Assembly: GCA_964541945.1 (NCBI GenBank)
Contig: CAZISE010000020.1
Coordinates: 1,530-65,529, forward strand
Direction: 5' to 3'
From: an uncultured Verrucomicrobiota bacterium
Lineage (GTDB): Bacteria > Verrucomicrobiota > Verrucomicrobiia > Palsa-1439
Length of the DNA: 64,000 nucleotides
Shown piece after piece: positions 17,380 through 29,034 of the stretch (positions are counted from its first letter, which is position 1; each line of letters opens with the position of its first letter). The position numbers and the translations under genes are program-made. The notes under the pieces were generated by a model, which searched no databases, had not been told where the DNA came from, and saw only the letters and a list, made by a program, of their open reading frames with translations.

Positions 17380-18914
17380 AAAAATTTGCCCTCACCACCC
17401 TGACGTTGGCCGTCGCCGCCGTGGCGGCCGAACCGAAGCTCACCGGCGCGGCGAACAAACTCAACATCCTTGTCTTCCTCGTGGACGACATGGGGCTAAT
17501 GGACACGTCGGTACCGTTCCTCACCGACGCGGATGGCAACCCGAAACGTTATCCGCTCAACGACTATTACCGCACACCGAACATGGAACGGCTGGCGGCG
17601 CGCGGCATCCGTTTCAACCATTTTTATGCCATGAGCGTTTGTTCGCCGACGCGTGTTTCCCTGATGACCGGGCAAAACGCCGCCCGTCATCGAACGACAA
17701 ACTGGATCCATCCCGACATCAACAATCGCACCCCACAAGGTCCCGCGAACTGGAACTGGGAGGGATTGAAGAAGAGCGACATCACATTGCCGCGCCTGCT
17801 GGAAACGCACGGTTACCGAACCATCCACATCGGCAAGGGACATCTCGGCCCGCGAAATTTCGAGGGTGCAGACCCGCGAAACCTCGGTTTCGACGTCAAT
17901 GTCGCCGGCAGCGCCATCGGGCATCCGGGCAGTTATTACGGAGAAAAGAACTACGGCAACATCGGCCAAGGTCACAACGGGGTTCCGGGGTTGGAAAAAT
18001 ATCACGGTACCGCCACTTTCCTCACCGAGGCGTTGACTCTTGAGGCCAAAGCCCGACTCCGCGAGACCGTCCGCGATGGCAAGCCGTTCTATCTCTACAT
18101 GGCCCATTACGCCGTCCATTCGCCTTTCCAATCCGATCCGCGGTTTGCCGACCACTACAAAAATTCCGGCAAACCGCCGCCCGCGCAGGCATTCGCTACC
18201 ATGATCGAAGGCATGGACAAATCACTCGGCGACCTCCTCGATGAACTCGATGCGCTTGGCGTGGCCGACAACACGCTTGTCTTCTTCCTCGGCGATAACG
18301 GCACTGACGCGCCTCTCGGCCACCAACACGAGGTGGCCTGCGCCGCGCCGTTGCGCGGCAAAAAAGGCGCGCATTACGAGGGCGGAATGCGCGTGCCCTT
18401 CATCGCCGCGTGGGCCAAACCGTCTCCCGACAATCCACACCAGAAACGTCTGCCCATCCCCGCCGGCGCGATCCAGCCGCAACTGGCCTCCGTGTGCGAT
18501 CTTTTCCCGACACTGTTGAGCCTGCTCGACATCCCGAACCCGACAGGCCATATCGTGGACGGATTCCCCTTGAACACGTTGCTCACCGGTCAGCGCGATA
18601 CCAGCCGTCCCGAGGAATTCCTGATGCACTTCCCGCACTCCCACCGCAGCAGCTATTTTACCGTGTACCGACACGATGAGTGGAAGCTCATCTACCATTA
18701 TTTTCCTTCGGCAGAATCGGAAAACTCCCACTACCAACTCTACAACCTCGCCCACGACCCCTTTGAGCAAACCAATCTCGCCTCCGCACACCCCGAACGC
18801 CTCCGCGCAATGATGCAGGAATTGATCGCCGCGCTGGAGAAACAGAACGCCCTTTACCCGGTGGACAGAACCGGCCAGGAACAAAAACCGGTTCTGCCCC
18901 CGCCCAACCGCTAG
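17367..18914 (+). CDS. Sulfatase (formylglycine-dependent, arylsulfatase family).
   Basis: Signal peptide. LVDDMGLMD ... SVCSPTRVSLMTGQ (C-x-P-x-R FGly motif) ... GKGHLG. Confidence 0.9.
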   Translation: MASIKKFALTTLTLAVAAVAAEPKLTGAANKLNILVFLVDDMGLMDTSVPFLTDADGNPKRYPLNDYYRTPNMERLAARGIRFNHFYAMSVCSPTRVSLMTGQNAARHRTTNWIHPDINNRTPQGPANWNWEGLKKSDITLPRLLETHGYRTIHIGKGHLGPRNFEGADPRNLGFDVNVAGSAIGHPGSYYGEKNYGNIGQGHNGVPGLEKYHGTATFLTEALTLEAKARLRETVRDGKPFYLYMAHYAVHSPFQSDPRFADHYKNSGKPPPAQAFATMIEGMDKSLGDLLDELDALGVADNTLVFFLGDNGTDAPLGHQHEVACAAPLRGKKGAHYEGGMRVPFIAAWAKPSPDNPHQKRLPIPAGAIQPQLASVCDLFPTLLSLLDIPNPTGHIVDGFPLNTLLTGQRDTSRPEEFLMHFPHSHRSSYFTVYRHDEWKLIYHYFPSAESENSHYQLYNLAHDPFEQTNLASAHPERLRAMMQELIAALEKQNALYPVDRTGQEQKPVLPPPNR

Positions 18915-18921
18915 GTTTGTT

Positions 18922-20802
18922 ATGAAAATCCTGCTCCCAGTCCTCCTCTCATGGCTCGTCACCGTCACGTTCGCCGCGGAGAAAACCATTCCGCCACCGC
19001 CACCCAACATCCTCTTCATCCTCGCCGACGACCTCGGCTGGCGGGACGTCGGTTGTTACGGCAGCACCTTCTACGAGACACCCCACATTGACCAACTCGC
19101 CGCCCGAGGAGCACGATTCACCCAGGCATATGCCGCCAACCCGCTCTGTTCGCCAACCCGCGCCAGCATCCTCACCGGTCTCCACCCCGCACGCATCGGC
19201 ATCACCGCGCCCGCATGCCATCTCAAGGAAGCGCAACTCGAAAAGAAACTTGCCACCCCCAATCCCAACACACGCGTCATCCCCGCCGACAGTCTCACGC
19301 GCTTGAAACCCGACTACTTTACACTTGCCGAGGCGTTGAAGGAGGCCGGCTACGCCACCGCTCACTTCGGGAAATGGCATCTCGGATACAACGGCCCCTA
19401 CGAACCGAAAGATCAGGGGTTTGATTTCGACTTCCCTCATACCCCAGCCGCTCCCGGTCCCGGTCCGAGCTACCTTGCGCCGTGGAAGTTCATCAAGGAC
19501 CCTCCGATCGAAGCGCCACCAGGCACGCACATCGAGGATCGCATGTCGCAGGAAGCCGCTCAATTCATCCGCCAACACAAAGACAAACCGTTCTATGTGA
19601 ACTATTGGGCCTACTCCGTCCACTCACCGTGGAATTGCCGACCCGATTACCTCGAACATTTCAAAAAGAAAGTTAACAAGGATGATCCACAACGCAACCC
19701 ACTCTACGCCGCCATGGTCAAGAGCCTCGACGACGCCGTGGGACGCCTGCTCGCCGCCGTGGACGAAACCGGCATCGCCAACCGCACCATCATCGTCTTC
19801 TTCTCCGACAACGGCGGTCATGCCTACCCGCCAGAGAAAACCACCCCCGGCGGATTCACCAATATCCCAGCCACCAGCAACCTGCCTTTGCGCAGCGGCA
19901 AAGCCTCCATCTATGAGGGCGGCACCCGCGAACCGTGTATCATCATCTGGCCGGGTAAAACCAAGCCCGGCACCACCCTCGACGCGCTCTTCCAGAGCGT
20001 GGATTTTTATCCGACGTTGCTGGCCATGTGCGGACTCAAACCGCACTCCGACCTGAAACTCGACGGCTTTGATCAATCCAACACGCTCCTCGGCCAACCG
20101 TCGCCACGCGACCGCGTCTTCTGCCATTTCCCGCACGGGAGTAAACAACAAGCCGTCAACATACCCGGATTCCAACCCAGCACCTACGTCCGCAAAGACG
20201 ACTGGAAACTCATTCGCTTCTACGCCGACAACGACGACGGTTCCGACCGCCTTGAACTCTACAACCTCAAAAACGATCCCGGCGAAACCAAAAACCTCGC
20301 CGCCGAGAACCCCGAACTCACCCGCGAACTCAACAACCTTATCAGCGGTTTCCTGCGCGACACCGATGCCGTGATACCCATCCGCAACCCGAATTATGGC
20401 GTCGTCTCGACGTCCCCGGACGACCCGCTCCAGAGCTGGAAAGCCCGCGGGTGCGACGCCATTGTCAAAGATGGCATCGTCACTGTGACCGGCAAAGCCA
20501 ACAGCCCGTTCCTCGGTGTCAGCGCCAACATCCGGGGACCCGCCACCGTGAAACTCCGCGCTCGTTGCCCTCACGGCGGCGACGGCAAAATCGAATGGCT
20601 ACCGCCCGGCAAGAACCCGGTTCCTGTTCGGTCTGTCCCATTCGCTCTTTCACCCGGCGACTGGCAGGAGGTGACTGTGGATGTGCCTGCCGAAGACCCC
20701 ATCGGCATCCTCCGTATCTATCTTCCCGCCCGGAAACAATCTGTCGAGATTGACTGGATTGAACTCAAAGCCGGTGCTACCCTGCGTCGCTGGAACTTCT
20801 AA
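18922..20802 (+). CDS. Sulfatase (formylglycine-dependent) with an extra C-terminal beta-sandwich-like domain.
   Basis: [15 protein letters not shown] ... [13 protein letters not shown] ... GKWHLG, 626 aa. Confidence 0.9.
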   Translation: MKILLPVLLSWLVTVTFAAEKTIPPPPPNILFILADDLGWRDVGCYGSTFYETPHIDQLAARGARFTQAYAANPLCSPTRASILTGLHPARIGITAPACHLKEAQLEKKLATPNPNTRVIPADSLTRLKPDYFTLAEALKEAGYATAHFGKWHLGYNGPYEPKDQGFDFDFPHTPAAPGPGPSYLAPWKFIKDPPIEAPPGTHIEDRMSQEAAQFIRQHKDKPFYVNYWAYSVHSPWNCRPDYLEHFKKKVNKDDPQRNPLYAAMVKSLDDAVGRLLAAVDETGIANRTIIVFFSDNGGHAYPPEKTTPGGFTNIPATSNLPLRSGKASIYEGGTREPCIIIWPGKTKPGTTLDALFQSVDFYPTLLAMCGLKPHSDLKLDGFDQSNTLLGQPSPRDRVFCHFPHGSKQQAVNIPGFQPSTYVRKDDWKLIRFYADNDDGSDRLELYNLKNDPGETKNLAAENPELTRELNNLISGFLRDTDAVIPIRNPNYGVVSTSPDDPLQSWKARGCDAIVKDGIVTVTGKANSPFLGVSANIRGPATVKLRARCPHGGDGKIEWLPPGKNPVPVRSVPFALSPGDWQEVTVDVPAEDPIGILRIYLPARKQSVEIDWIELKAGATLRRWNF

Positions 20803-20813
20803 CAACATACCTA

Positions 20814-21500
20814 ATGAAACCACTCATCTCCGTTCTTCTCGTTGCGCTGGCGTTGACCGCCATCGCCCAGGAAACCGACACACGTCTCCACTCCGACGGC
20901 AAAGGCTGGCGGCTGGACAAAGCGAAGGTTACCAACCCGAACCTGCCGCGCGTGTTGCTCATCGGCGACTCGATCCTCAACGGCTACGGCAAACAGGTCA
21001 CTGCCGCGCTCGACGGCAAAGCCTACGTGGACATGTGGGTGAACCCGTATTGTCAGTCGGAACATTACAACAAACTCCTTGCCGAGGTGCTGGAAAAGAA
21101 CGGCCCATACGATGTCGTCCACTTCAACATGGGACTGCATGGCTGGCAAAAAGGTCGTATCCAGGAGGGCAGATTTGAGCCACTCACCAGAGCCTATGTG
21201 GAGGTCATCAAACAGAAATTGCCGAAAGCAAAAATCATCTGGGCCAGCATCACGCCCGTGACCGTGAAAGGTAAACCGACCGAACTCGATCCTGAGATCA
21301 ACCCGATCATCGTCGCTCACAATCGCATGGCCGCCAACGTCATGGCCGAGTTGAACGTGCCCGTAAACGATTTCTACTCGCTGTTGGTCAACAAGCTCGA
21401 ACTCGCTCGCGGCGACCAGTTCCACTGGAAAGCTGACGCCTACAAACTCCTTGCGCAGACAACGGCCGACTCGATCCTGCGCGAATTGAAGAAGCGGTAA
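20814..21500 (+). CDS. SGNH/GDSL esterase (carbohydrate O-acetylesterase-like).
   Basis: Signal peptide. [24 protein letters not shown] and [10 protein letters not shown] (DxxH). Paralog of 25380..26204. Confidence 0.8.
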   Translation: MKPLISVLLVALALTAIAQETDTRLHSDGKGWRLDKAKVTNPNLPRVLLIGDSILNGYGKQVTAALDGKAYVDMWVNPYCQSEHYNKLLAEVLEKNGPYDVVHFNMGLHGWQKGRIQEGRFEPLTRAYVEVIKQKLPKAKIIWASITPVTVKGKPTELDPEINPIIVAHNRMAANVMAELNVPVNDFYSLLVNKLELARGDQFHWKADAYKLLAQTTADSILRELKKR

Positions 21501-21896
21501 GCGAGTTGCGGAGGGGTGTGATCAGAAGTAATGGTCAGAGCGGATAAGCTTTCAGCCGGCTCAAATTCGTTTTGTGGGCGGAGTGACGGGGACGCTTCCG
21601 TTACTGGGCAAACCGGAAGCACGTCTTACAAGATCGCACGCGGCCCACTACTTTTGATCACATCCGAGCGGGAGTAGCCCCCCGACGACACCTCGGTCTT
21701 GTGGCATCGGGGACGCATCCATTGTCGCAAAGCCAACGGTTGTCATCGATACGGTGGCCACTTTTGTGTAACACCGAATCCGTCGCAACGACTTTGCGCT
21801 CCGCAGAAGCGCGGCCGCAACCATGCGATGCCCGGAGCAAAAACCGCGATATTTACGGTCGCGGCAACAGGGCGAGGTTTGATACAATTTACCCTG

Positions 21897-22859
21897 ATGA
21901 AGCTGTTTCCCGCCCTGTTTGTGGCGTTGCTGGCCTCGCTCGCTGTCGCCGAGTCGCCGACGAATCTTTTGTCGGCGCTCTCGTCGCCGGTGTTGTTCCG
22001 GGGCGATGAGAACATCGGCTACCGTGACCCGTTGTTGCTCTGGCACGACGGGACGTTTCACATGTTCTTCACACTTGGCGAGAGAAAGCCCGACGCGGTT
22101 TATCTTCATCTCGCTCACAGTACCAGCCGCGATCTCCGGACCTGGACGCCGCCGCGCAAGTTGACGCCGAACGATCTGAATCTCAACTTCGTCAGCCCCG
22201 GCAGCGTGGTACGGTTTGGCGGCGAATGGATTTTGTGCGCGTCCACCTACCCGCAACCCAATGGCGAGCGCTACGGCAACGACATGGCGCGGTTATTTTT
22301 GTTTCGCAGCGCTGATCTCGAACATTGGTCGGAACCGGAACTGATCCGGGTCAAAGGCCCCGACGTGCCGATCGAGAAGATGGGACGAATGATTGATGCG
22401 TACTTGATGCCGGACAAGGACGATCCAGGGAAATGGTGGTGTTTCTACAAACAGAACGGCGTCAGCATGAGTTGGTCGCGCGACCTGCGCACATGGACCT
22501 ACGCGGGCAGCACGAAAGCGGGCGAGAATGTCTGCGTGCTCGTGCACGACGGGCGTTATCGGATGTTTCACGCGCCACACAACGGCATTGGCGTGAAAAC
22601 CTCCGCCGACCTGCGGACGTGGACCGACGACGGGCCGTTGATTACGCTGGGACAGAAGGACTGGCCGTGGGCGCAAGGACGCTTGACGGCGGGGTACGTG
22701 GCCGACCTGCGCCAAGTGCCGGGCATTGGGAAATATGTGATGGTCTTCCACGGGACCGGTCCTGAACCGGAGCCGGTGAAGTTCTTGACGCACGGCTGCA
22801 TCGGCATTGCTTGGAGCGATGATTTGAAAACGTGGTCGTGGCCGGAGAAAAAACCTTGA
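21897..22859 (+). CDS. Five-bladed beta-propeller glycoside hydrolase (GH43/GH117-like).
   Basis: Signal peptide MKLFPALFVALLASLAVAES. NIGYRDPLLLWHDGTFHMFFT (catalytic-base Asp context of GH43-type propellers). Repeated ...DL(R/K)TW(T/S) blade ends. Confidence 0.65.
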   Translation: MKLFPALFVALLASLAVAESPTNLLSALSSPVLFRGDENIGYRDPLLLWHDGTFHMFFTLGERKPDAVYLHLAHSTSRDLRTWTPPRKLTPNDLNLNFVSPGSVVRFGGEWILCASTYPQPNGERYGNDMARLFLFRSADLEHWSEPELIRVKGPDVPIEKMGRMIDAYLMPDKDDPGKWWCFYKQNGVSMSWSRDLRTWTYAGSTKAGENVCVLVHDGRYRMFHAPHNGIGVKTSADLRTWTDDGPLITLGQKDWPWAQGRLTAGYVADLRQVPGIGKYVMVFHGTGPEPEPVKFLTHGCIGIAWSDDLKTWSWPEKKP

Positions 22860-22869
22860 GCCGCTGCGG

Positions 22870-25246
22870 TCAATTCGTCCCTTGATGGAAGGGTTTGCCT
22901 TGGCGGTAAAGTTCCAGCCGCGCCTGGATACCAGCGACCAAGTTGGGATCGCCTCGCTTCAGAGCGTATTCGACAGCTTTCGTTGCGATTTGAACCGCAT
23001 CGGTAAATCGTCCTGCTTCGGCATAGCTGGCGCCGAGAACATCCAGTGCCCGCGGGTCCTGATACCGCGGTCAGCTCACAGAGACGGCTGGCCAGTTCGA
23101 CGGCCTGTCTACCGTTCCGCAGGGCGGGATCGGGTGCCGTCGCCAGAATCCAGGCGAGCGCATTGAGCGAGTTCTCATCGGGTGACAACCGTACCGCTTC
23201 TGAATAGCATTGGACCGCCTCGGAGAGGCGACCTTTTCGCACCATGATTCGTCCAAGAGTGAAATAGGCATTGCTCTTGTTCGGATCGAGACGGATGGCT
23301 TCGTTCAAATGAACGATGGCCTCATCCAAGCGTCCTCTGGCAAAGAGAAACATACCCAGATTATTCTGCGCATTCGCGGCGGCTGGGTTGAGTCTGACCG
23401 ACTCGGCGCATGCACGGATGGCCTCATCGAGGTTTCCCTGTTTCGCGAGAGTAACGGCGAGGTTGTACCAAACGACGGCATCGCCAGGGGTCAGTTTTAT
23501 CGCCTTGTTCAGGCAGACAATGGCTTCTAGAAATTGGCTCATGTCGGACAAAGCGGTTGCCAGATTGACAAGGGCGCTTGGATTTTCCGGGTTCATTTCC
23601 AGCGCCTTCCGATAGTGCGCGATGGCCTGCTCCAGGTCGCCGCCCGTGCGAAAAGCGTTGCCCGCTCTCACCCACGAGACATCGTCAACGAACTGCTCAC
23701 GGATTTTTCGGATACCGTCGCCCTTGAGATTGACAAATTCGGGAATATTGGCGGCGCGATCCGGTTCGGTAAAATGCTCAAGAAGAACGGGCGGACTGCT
23801 GTTCCCCTCCCCATCCATATGAGCCAAAAACAATCGCGTATAGGGAGTTCCTGTCTTGGAAGAAAAGACCAGCCATCGGCTGTTCGGTGACCAACTGTGC
23901 CAAGAATTCATTCTTGGCAGGTTACAGGCCAGACGCCGCGCCATGCCACCTTCAGATGGGATAATGTATAATTCACTGTCCGGCTGCAACAACATGAAGC
24001 TGGTTGCCTGACAAAACACAATCCATTTACCATCGGGCGAAAATTTCGGAAAAAAATTGCTCCGGCCATTGTGCGATGCCCCGCGTAACGGTTCGGCAAC
24101 GCCGCCTTTTCCATCGTTGAAGGGCACACGATACAAGTCGTACAGGAAGGTCTTGCCTTCCTTCAGGAATTCACGGCACTCCTCATCGGTCAACAAGACG
24201 GCATTCATCCGTTCGAAATGGCGCAGCTTGTACGCCCGACTCCGTGCAAACACAATCCATTTGCCGTCGGGACTCCAAACGGGGTTGCTCTGTACAAACG
24301 CGGGATCATCAGCGCCCGGCAATGTCTTGAATTCGCCGCTCTGACGGTCGTAAACGGCCAAGATACCCTGGATCGGGAAAAAGAGCTGGGAAAACTCCAA
24401 CCCGGGCGTGGCGAGAAACACGGAGCGGTCCTTGACCGTGCTGACCACATACCGCCCATCGGGCGAGACCTGAGAAAGCAAGCCAAACGTTTCCTGCCCG
24501 TCGTCACGCCTGAAATTGCTCCACGTGATGATTCGGTCTTTTGTCAGGCATATTTCCGCTTCAATGGGAGCAGTGACATAGGAGCCTCTGTCGTTGGCAT
24601 AATCCACGTCCATACCCAAAACGCGCCCATCCAGAGAAAATGAATGACAATTTCCGCATACGGGCAATTTTTCCAAAACCACCGCAGGCGGTTCTTCGGA
24701 CGACACGTATCCGAGCCGCCAACGGATTTTTGTCGGGTCCTGAACGGCCTTCACAAAAGGAAGGTTTACTTCCCGATAGAAAATGGGAGCTCCCACAGGG
24801 TCACGCGACGCCCGCAACGACAGCGAAGCCGAACACAAAACCGTCTCCGGACGCGCGCGATTCATGCCGAAAAGCGTCACGGTTGCAGGCTGCTCCACAC
24901 ATAACGATTTGATCTGTTCCCATTCCGCCCGCGCGGGTTTCCATTGTGGCTGATCCGAGACAAACGTCAGCGGTTTGCCACCGCCGGCAAATGTGAACCG
25001 TAGCAACCACCGGTCGGCTGCTTTCTCCTCCGCGTGCCATCGAAAAACCGGCGCCGCCATCTCCATCGGGAAAACGGTTCCATCTAATGGTGTGTCAATC
25101 GTTACTTTACCATGTCCTCTGCCAGGGCGTTCCCTATCGAGAATCCCTTTCCTCTCTCGATCAAACCACTTCACCCACCCCAAAAACACCAGAACAACCA
25201 AAGCGGAGATTGCACACAAGGTCATGTGCCTCAACGACCTTTTCAT
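22870..25246 (-). CDS. TPR-repeat plus TolB/PD40-type beta-propeller protein carrying a +1 frameshift near 23070 (possible pseudogene or sequencing error). The intact C-terminus continues in another frame to the stop at 22870.
   Basis: PD40-like SPDGRYVVS, SPDGKWIVFAR and SPDGKWIVFCQ. At least 6 TPR units. After ...AVELASRLCELT the track frame becomes nonsense and overlaps the GH43 gene. The -1 frame reads *PRYQDPRALDVLGASYAEAGRFTDAVQIATKAVEYALKRGDPNLVAGIQARLELYRQGKPFHQGTN*, a classic TPR-protein C-terminus. Confidence 0.7.
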
Positions 25247-25379
25247 AACCTCATATTCTCAACCGGCATTGTTACCGAACAGCCGTTCCAGTTTCAACCG
25301 GAATGACTCGCCGCAAACATAGGGTCTCCCGCCGATGATTTTCGTAGGCAATCGTCAGCCGATTTGGTATAAGAAATTC

Positions 25380-26204
25380 ATGATGATCACTCGATGGATT
25401 CTCCTTGTCGCCGTTTTGCTTGTCCCGTTGCGCGCGTACGCGCAACCGGCCGCGACTGAACCGACCAATGCCAGAGAGGCGGCCGAAAAGAAGGCTGCCG
25501 TGGACAGGGCCAACGACGAGAAATACCAACGATGGAAAGCGACATGCTCACCGGAAGAACAGGCGTGGTTGAAGGTGCTGGAAGAAAATCTCGGCAGTTT
25601 CTACCTGCCGCTCTACAAAATGGAAAAAGCCCGCGGCAGCGTCAGCGCCTGGGACTACGTCAAGGACGACCCGAAGCTGCCCCGCGTGTTGCTCATCGGT
25701 GATTCCATCTCGCGTGGCTACACCCTCCCCGTCCGCAAGGCGCTCGCGGGCAAGGTCAACGTCCACCGCGCCCCGGAAAACTGCGGCTCGACCGCCAACG
25801 GCCTGAAGAAACTCGACATCTGGCTCGGTGACGGCAAGTGGGATCTGATTCACTTCAACTTCGGCATCCACGACCGCGCTACCCAACCCGCCGACTATGA
25901 GCAGCGGCTTGAAACCATTATCGTCCGACTGCAAAAAACGGGCGCAAAACTGATCTGGGCCAGCACCACGCCGTTGCCCGCCGAGAGCCGCTACGGCAGC
26001 GACGCGGCCATCGTCGAACGCAACGCCATTGCCGCCCGCGTCATGGCAAAACATGGTATCCCCGTGAACGACCTTTACGCGCGCGTCAAACCGCGTCTGG
26101 CCGAGTTCCAAAATCCCAATGACTGCCATTTCAACAGCGCCGGCTACGAGTTTCTCGGTCAACAAATTGCCGCGGAAATCCTGGCCGCGCTTGGAAACAA
26201 ATAA
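25380..26204 (+). CDS. SGNH/GDSL esterase (paralog of 20814..21500).
   Basis: Signal peptide [44 protein letters not shown] and NDCHFNSAGY. Confidence 0.8.
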   Translation: MMITRWILLVAVLLVPLRAYAQPAATEPTNAREAAEKKAAVDRANDEKYQRWKATCSPEEQAWLKVLEENLGSFYLPLYKMEKARGSVSAWDYVKDDPKLPRVLLIGDSISRGYTLPVRKALAGKVNVHRAPENCGSTANGLKKLDIWLGDGKWDLIHFNFGIHDRATQPADYEQRLETIIVRLQKTGAKLIWASTTPLPAESRYGSDAAIVERNAIAARVMAKHGIPVNDLYARVKPRLAEFQNPNDCHFNSAGYEFLGQQIAAEILAALGNK

Positions 26205-26288
26205 CTCCCCTGCTCCGCTCTCGGCAGCGTCACGGACAACGTTTAGCCCCACGCCCTCTCATCGGGCGGCCGCAACGCGCAAACAATT

Positions 26289-29033
26289 TTACCGACAGTC
26301 CCGGTTGCAGGCGAGCGACGGTTTTGCGCCGGGCATATCGTCGCGAGGACGCTCTTTGAGCATTGCGGTAATCGGCTCGAAGGTTTTCAGGATGGCCTGG
26401 TAGTCGGGATCGTCGGCACTGGCGAATACCGCTTGGCCGCAGGTCTCGGCGCCGCCGGCGGACCTGGCGAGCGGGGCGAGAAGAAAACGGTTTCGTTGCG
26501 GGTTGGTGATGCGGATCCAAACCTCGCGTGGGAATTGACCGTTCCGATGGCACCCGGCACAGCGGCGGGCCGCAACGTTGGCCAGCGTTTTATCGAGATC
26601 GGCAGGATAAACACGGCGGCAACCGCGCAGTTCGGGATACGCCGGCTCGGTGGCGCCGTAGTAGGGAACGTTGAGGTCTATCCACTGGAAAATACGGCGG
26701 CGGCTGGAGTCGTCCATTTCCACTTTGGAATGACCGGCGAGAATCATGTCGGCGAGTTTGCTGCGGGGGCTGCCCCAGGTTTTGGGGGTGACTTCGAGGA
26801 TGTTGGCTTCCATGCCGTTGTAGGTCGGAATCCAGTTTACATACGGGCTGTCGTATTCGCCTTCGCCGCCGCGTTTGCGACCGCGGGCGAGGTTTTCGTA
26901 GGAAACGTTGAAGTAGTCGGTCTTGTCGCCGGTCAGGTCAATGCGTTTGGGCGGGTTCGGACCGCTGTGGCAACGAATGCAATAACGGTCGAGCACGGGC
27001 TGGACAATGCTGGCATAGTCAAAGCCAACATCCTGTCCCCACTCCGGGGGACGCAATTCACGCGCGTTCGCGCGGAGTGCGTCGGGACGCGCGGGTTGCG
27101 CGAGACTGCTGCGATTCTCGTGGCAACCGATGCAGCCCTGGATTTCACCGGGCATGAGGTGGGTAAAGGTGCGCATGCGTTGAACGGCGCGGCCCTGGGC
27201 GTCGAGCGCCATGAAATAGATCGGCACGCCGGCGGGCACTTTGAAACAGGCGGAGCCGTCGGCCTCGACGGGCGCATAGCCCCAGACTTTTTTGGCGGCG
27301 TACGTGGCGCCGCAGGAGATGACGGGGAACTGGAAACCGAATGCGCGATGGTTGAGGTCAATGCGAACGGGTTTTTCCATTTCCTGTACAACGGCGATTT
27401 CGGCTACTTCGCCTTTGCGGACGTGCGGCTCAAGGCCGTTATAAACATTCTGAATGAAGACAGTGGCCCACCCGGTCTCGCTGGTCTTGTCCGGCAACGT
27501 GGTCGGAATCACCGGCGGAGACGGGCGCGGCACAAACGGTTGCGGGTTGTAGAACCCCATGCCGTCACGCGGCGTCAACACAATCGTTTCCTCCACGCCG
27601 GCGAAGTCGCGCAACAGGATCGTGCCGTTTTTGGAGACAAGGTACCGCTGGTTGTCGAGCGGATACGGCGTGGAGTACGGGCCGCGCACGTGGTTCCCGT
27701 TACCTTTGTCCACCTGGCCGATGTTGATTTCGGGCGTGAGATTCTGGATAGCGGCCTGAGCGTTCACGCCACGGGCGCGATCAATGATGCCGATGGCGCC
27801 ACGGGCGGGACCGTTGTGGGCGGTCAGCGTGCAAATGATCTTTGTGGTGCCGGGGATGGAGCGCGCTTCCATGAATGTTGCGGGACTGAGTGCCCGGTTG
27901 CCGTAGTAACCGGCAAGGCCGGTTCCGTCGGGGTTAATCGTCCACAGGCTCTGAATGGGGATGGCCGGTTTGTCCACGTATTCCCAACGCGAGTAGATGA
28001 GGCGACCGTCGTGGAGGACACTCGGCGTGAAATCATTGACGATGTTTGCGGAGAGCCGGCGCGGATTTTTACCATCGGCATCCATGCGGTAAAGCAGCCC
28101 GACGGGCGAAACCCAGCAGTAGGCAAACCGCGCCGAGCGGGTCGAGAGAAAGGCAATGCCGCCGTCGGGAAGCCAACAGGCATTGTAATCATGCCAGTAT
28201 CCCGCGGTGAGTTGGCGCAAGTCGGAACCGTCGGCGTTGACGGTAAAAAGGTGGTACCCTTCGTTCTCGGTTTTGCGCCAACTGAAAAGCACGGTCTTGC
28301 CGTCATAGGAGAGGTCGCAGTCCAGAATCTGCCCCTGGCCGGCGTCCACAAGCCGTCGCAGAGCGCCGGTGTTCGGCGTAAATACGAAGAGACCGCCGCC
28401 GGGACGGAAGCCTTCGGTGTGGTAGGTATAGACGTGCGAGGAATCAATCGGATGACGTTGGATGAGGAGCAACGGCCCGATGTCCACCCTGGCGGGCTTG
28501 CGTTTCGGAGCGTCGCCGGGCAATGAACCTTCGGGCGCAGGCGCGGCAAACACCATGATCTCCGATGCGCCGGGATTGAGGCCGCCGTGGGAACTGAGGA
28601 ACTTCAGTGTCATCCGTTTCACCGTGGCGGGGGCGGGCAGAGTAAGCCGTTGTGGCGCGCTGGTCATTTCGAGCCGACCGGTGAGCGCGGGTTTGTCAGC
28701 GTTGTCGAGATGAACGGCGTAGTCTTTCCAACATTCGGTATCCATCCAGGCAGTCCGTCCGTAATAGACAATTTGCGCAACCGTAACCGGCTCCGGCCAT
28801 TCGAGGATAAACTCCGCGCCGTTACGATGAGTCTCGCCGCGGACACACCAGGCGGCATTCAGGTCGTTGTGACTGCCGGCGTCGGGAATCGTGCCGTCCA
28901 CGGCGAACCGGGCGCAGTAGGCCGCGCTGTATTCGGAGCTGGCTGTGGCTGTGGCTTTGCGCGCAAGGTTCTCCGGTGTCGCGCCGTAAACGGCGACGCT
29001 CATCAGGAACAGGCAAGGAATTGTGCGCGACAC
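26289..29033 (-). CDS. Secreted protein with an F5/8-type-C (discoidin) domain, a TolB-like beta-propeller and C-terminal planctomycete-type cytochrome c domains (three CxxCH haem motifs).
   Basis: Signal peptide MSRTIPCLFLMSVAVYG. CxxCH motifs at GCIGCHENRS, YCIRCHSGPN and RCAGCHRNGQ. PD40-like SYDGKTVLFSW and NADGSDLRQLT. Confidence 0.8.
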   Translation of the reverse strand: MSRTIPCLFLMSVAVYGATPENLARKATATASSEYSAAYCARFAVDGTIPDAGSHNDLNAAWCVRGETHRNGAEFILEWPEPVTVAQIVYYGRTAWMDTECWKDYAVHLDNADKPALTGRLEMTSAPQRLTLPAPATVKRMTLKFLSSHGGLNPGASEIMVFAAPAPEGSLPGDAPKRKPARVDIGPLLLIQRHPIDSSHVYTYHTEGFRPGGGLFVFTPNTGALRRLVDAGQGQILDCDLSYDGKTVLFSWRKTENEGYHLFTVNADGSDLRQLTAGYWHDYNACWLPDGGIAFLSTRSARFAYCWVSPVGLLYRMDADGKNPRRLSANIVNDFTPSVLHDGRLIYSRWEYVDKPAIPIQSLWTINPDGTGLAGYYGNRALSPATFMEARSIPGTTKIICTLTAHNGPARGAIGIIDRARGVNAQAAIQNLTPEINIGQVDKGNGNHVRGPYSTPYPLDNQRYLVSKNGTILLRDFAGVEETIVLTPRDGMGFYNPQPFVPRPSPPVIPTTLPDKTSETGWATVFIQNVYNGLEPHVRKGEVAEIAVVQEMEKPVRIDLNHRAFGFQFPVISCGATYAAKKVWGYAPVEADGSACFKVPAGVPIYFMALDAQGRAVQRMRTFTHLMPGEIQGCIGCHENRSSLAQPARPDALRANARELRPPEWGQDVGFDYASIVQPVLDRYCIRCHSGPNPPKRIDLTGDKTDYFNVSYENLARGRKRGGEGEYDSPYVNWIPTYNGMEANILEVTPKTWGSPRSKLADMILAGHSKVEMDDSSRRRIFQWIDLNVPYYGATEPAYPELRGCRRVYPADLDKTLANVAARRCAGCHRNGQFPREVWIRITNPQRNRFLLAPLARSAGGAETCGQAVFASADDPDYQAILKTFEPITAMLKERPRDDMPGAKPSLACNRDCR

Positions 29034-29034
29034 T

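Noticed and set aside
22568-22869. C-terminal 100 codons of the 892-aa track ORF overlapping the GH43-like gene
   Set aside because: The product is a frameshift artefact. The true C-terminus of the TPR protein is in another frame and ends at 22870.
26433-28526. 697-aa plus-strand ORF
   Set aside because: Antisense to the well-structured discoidin/propeller/cytochrome c gene. It has no signal peptide and no motifs, with GC-frame composition.
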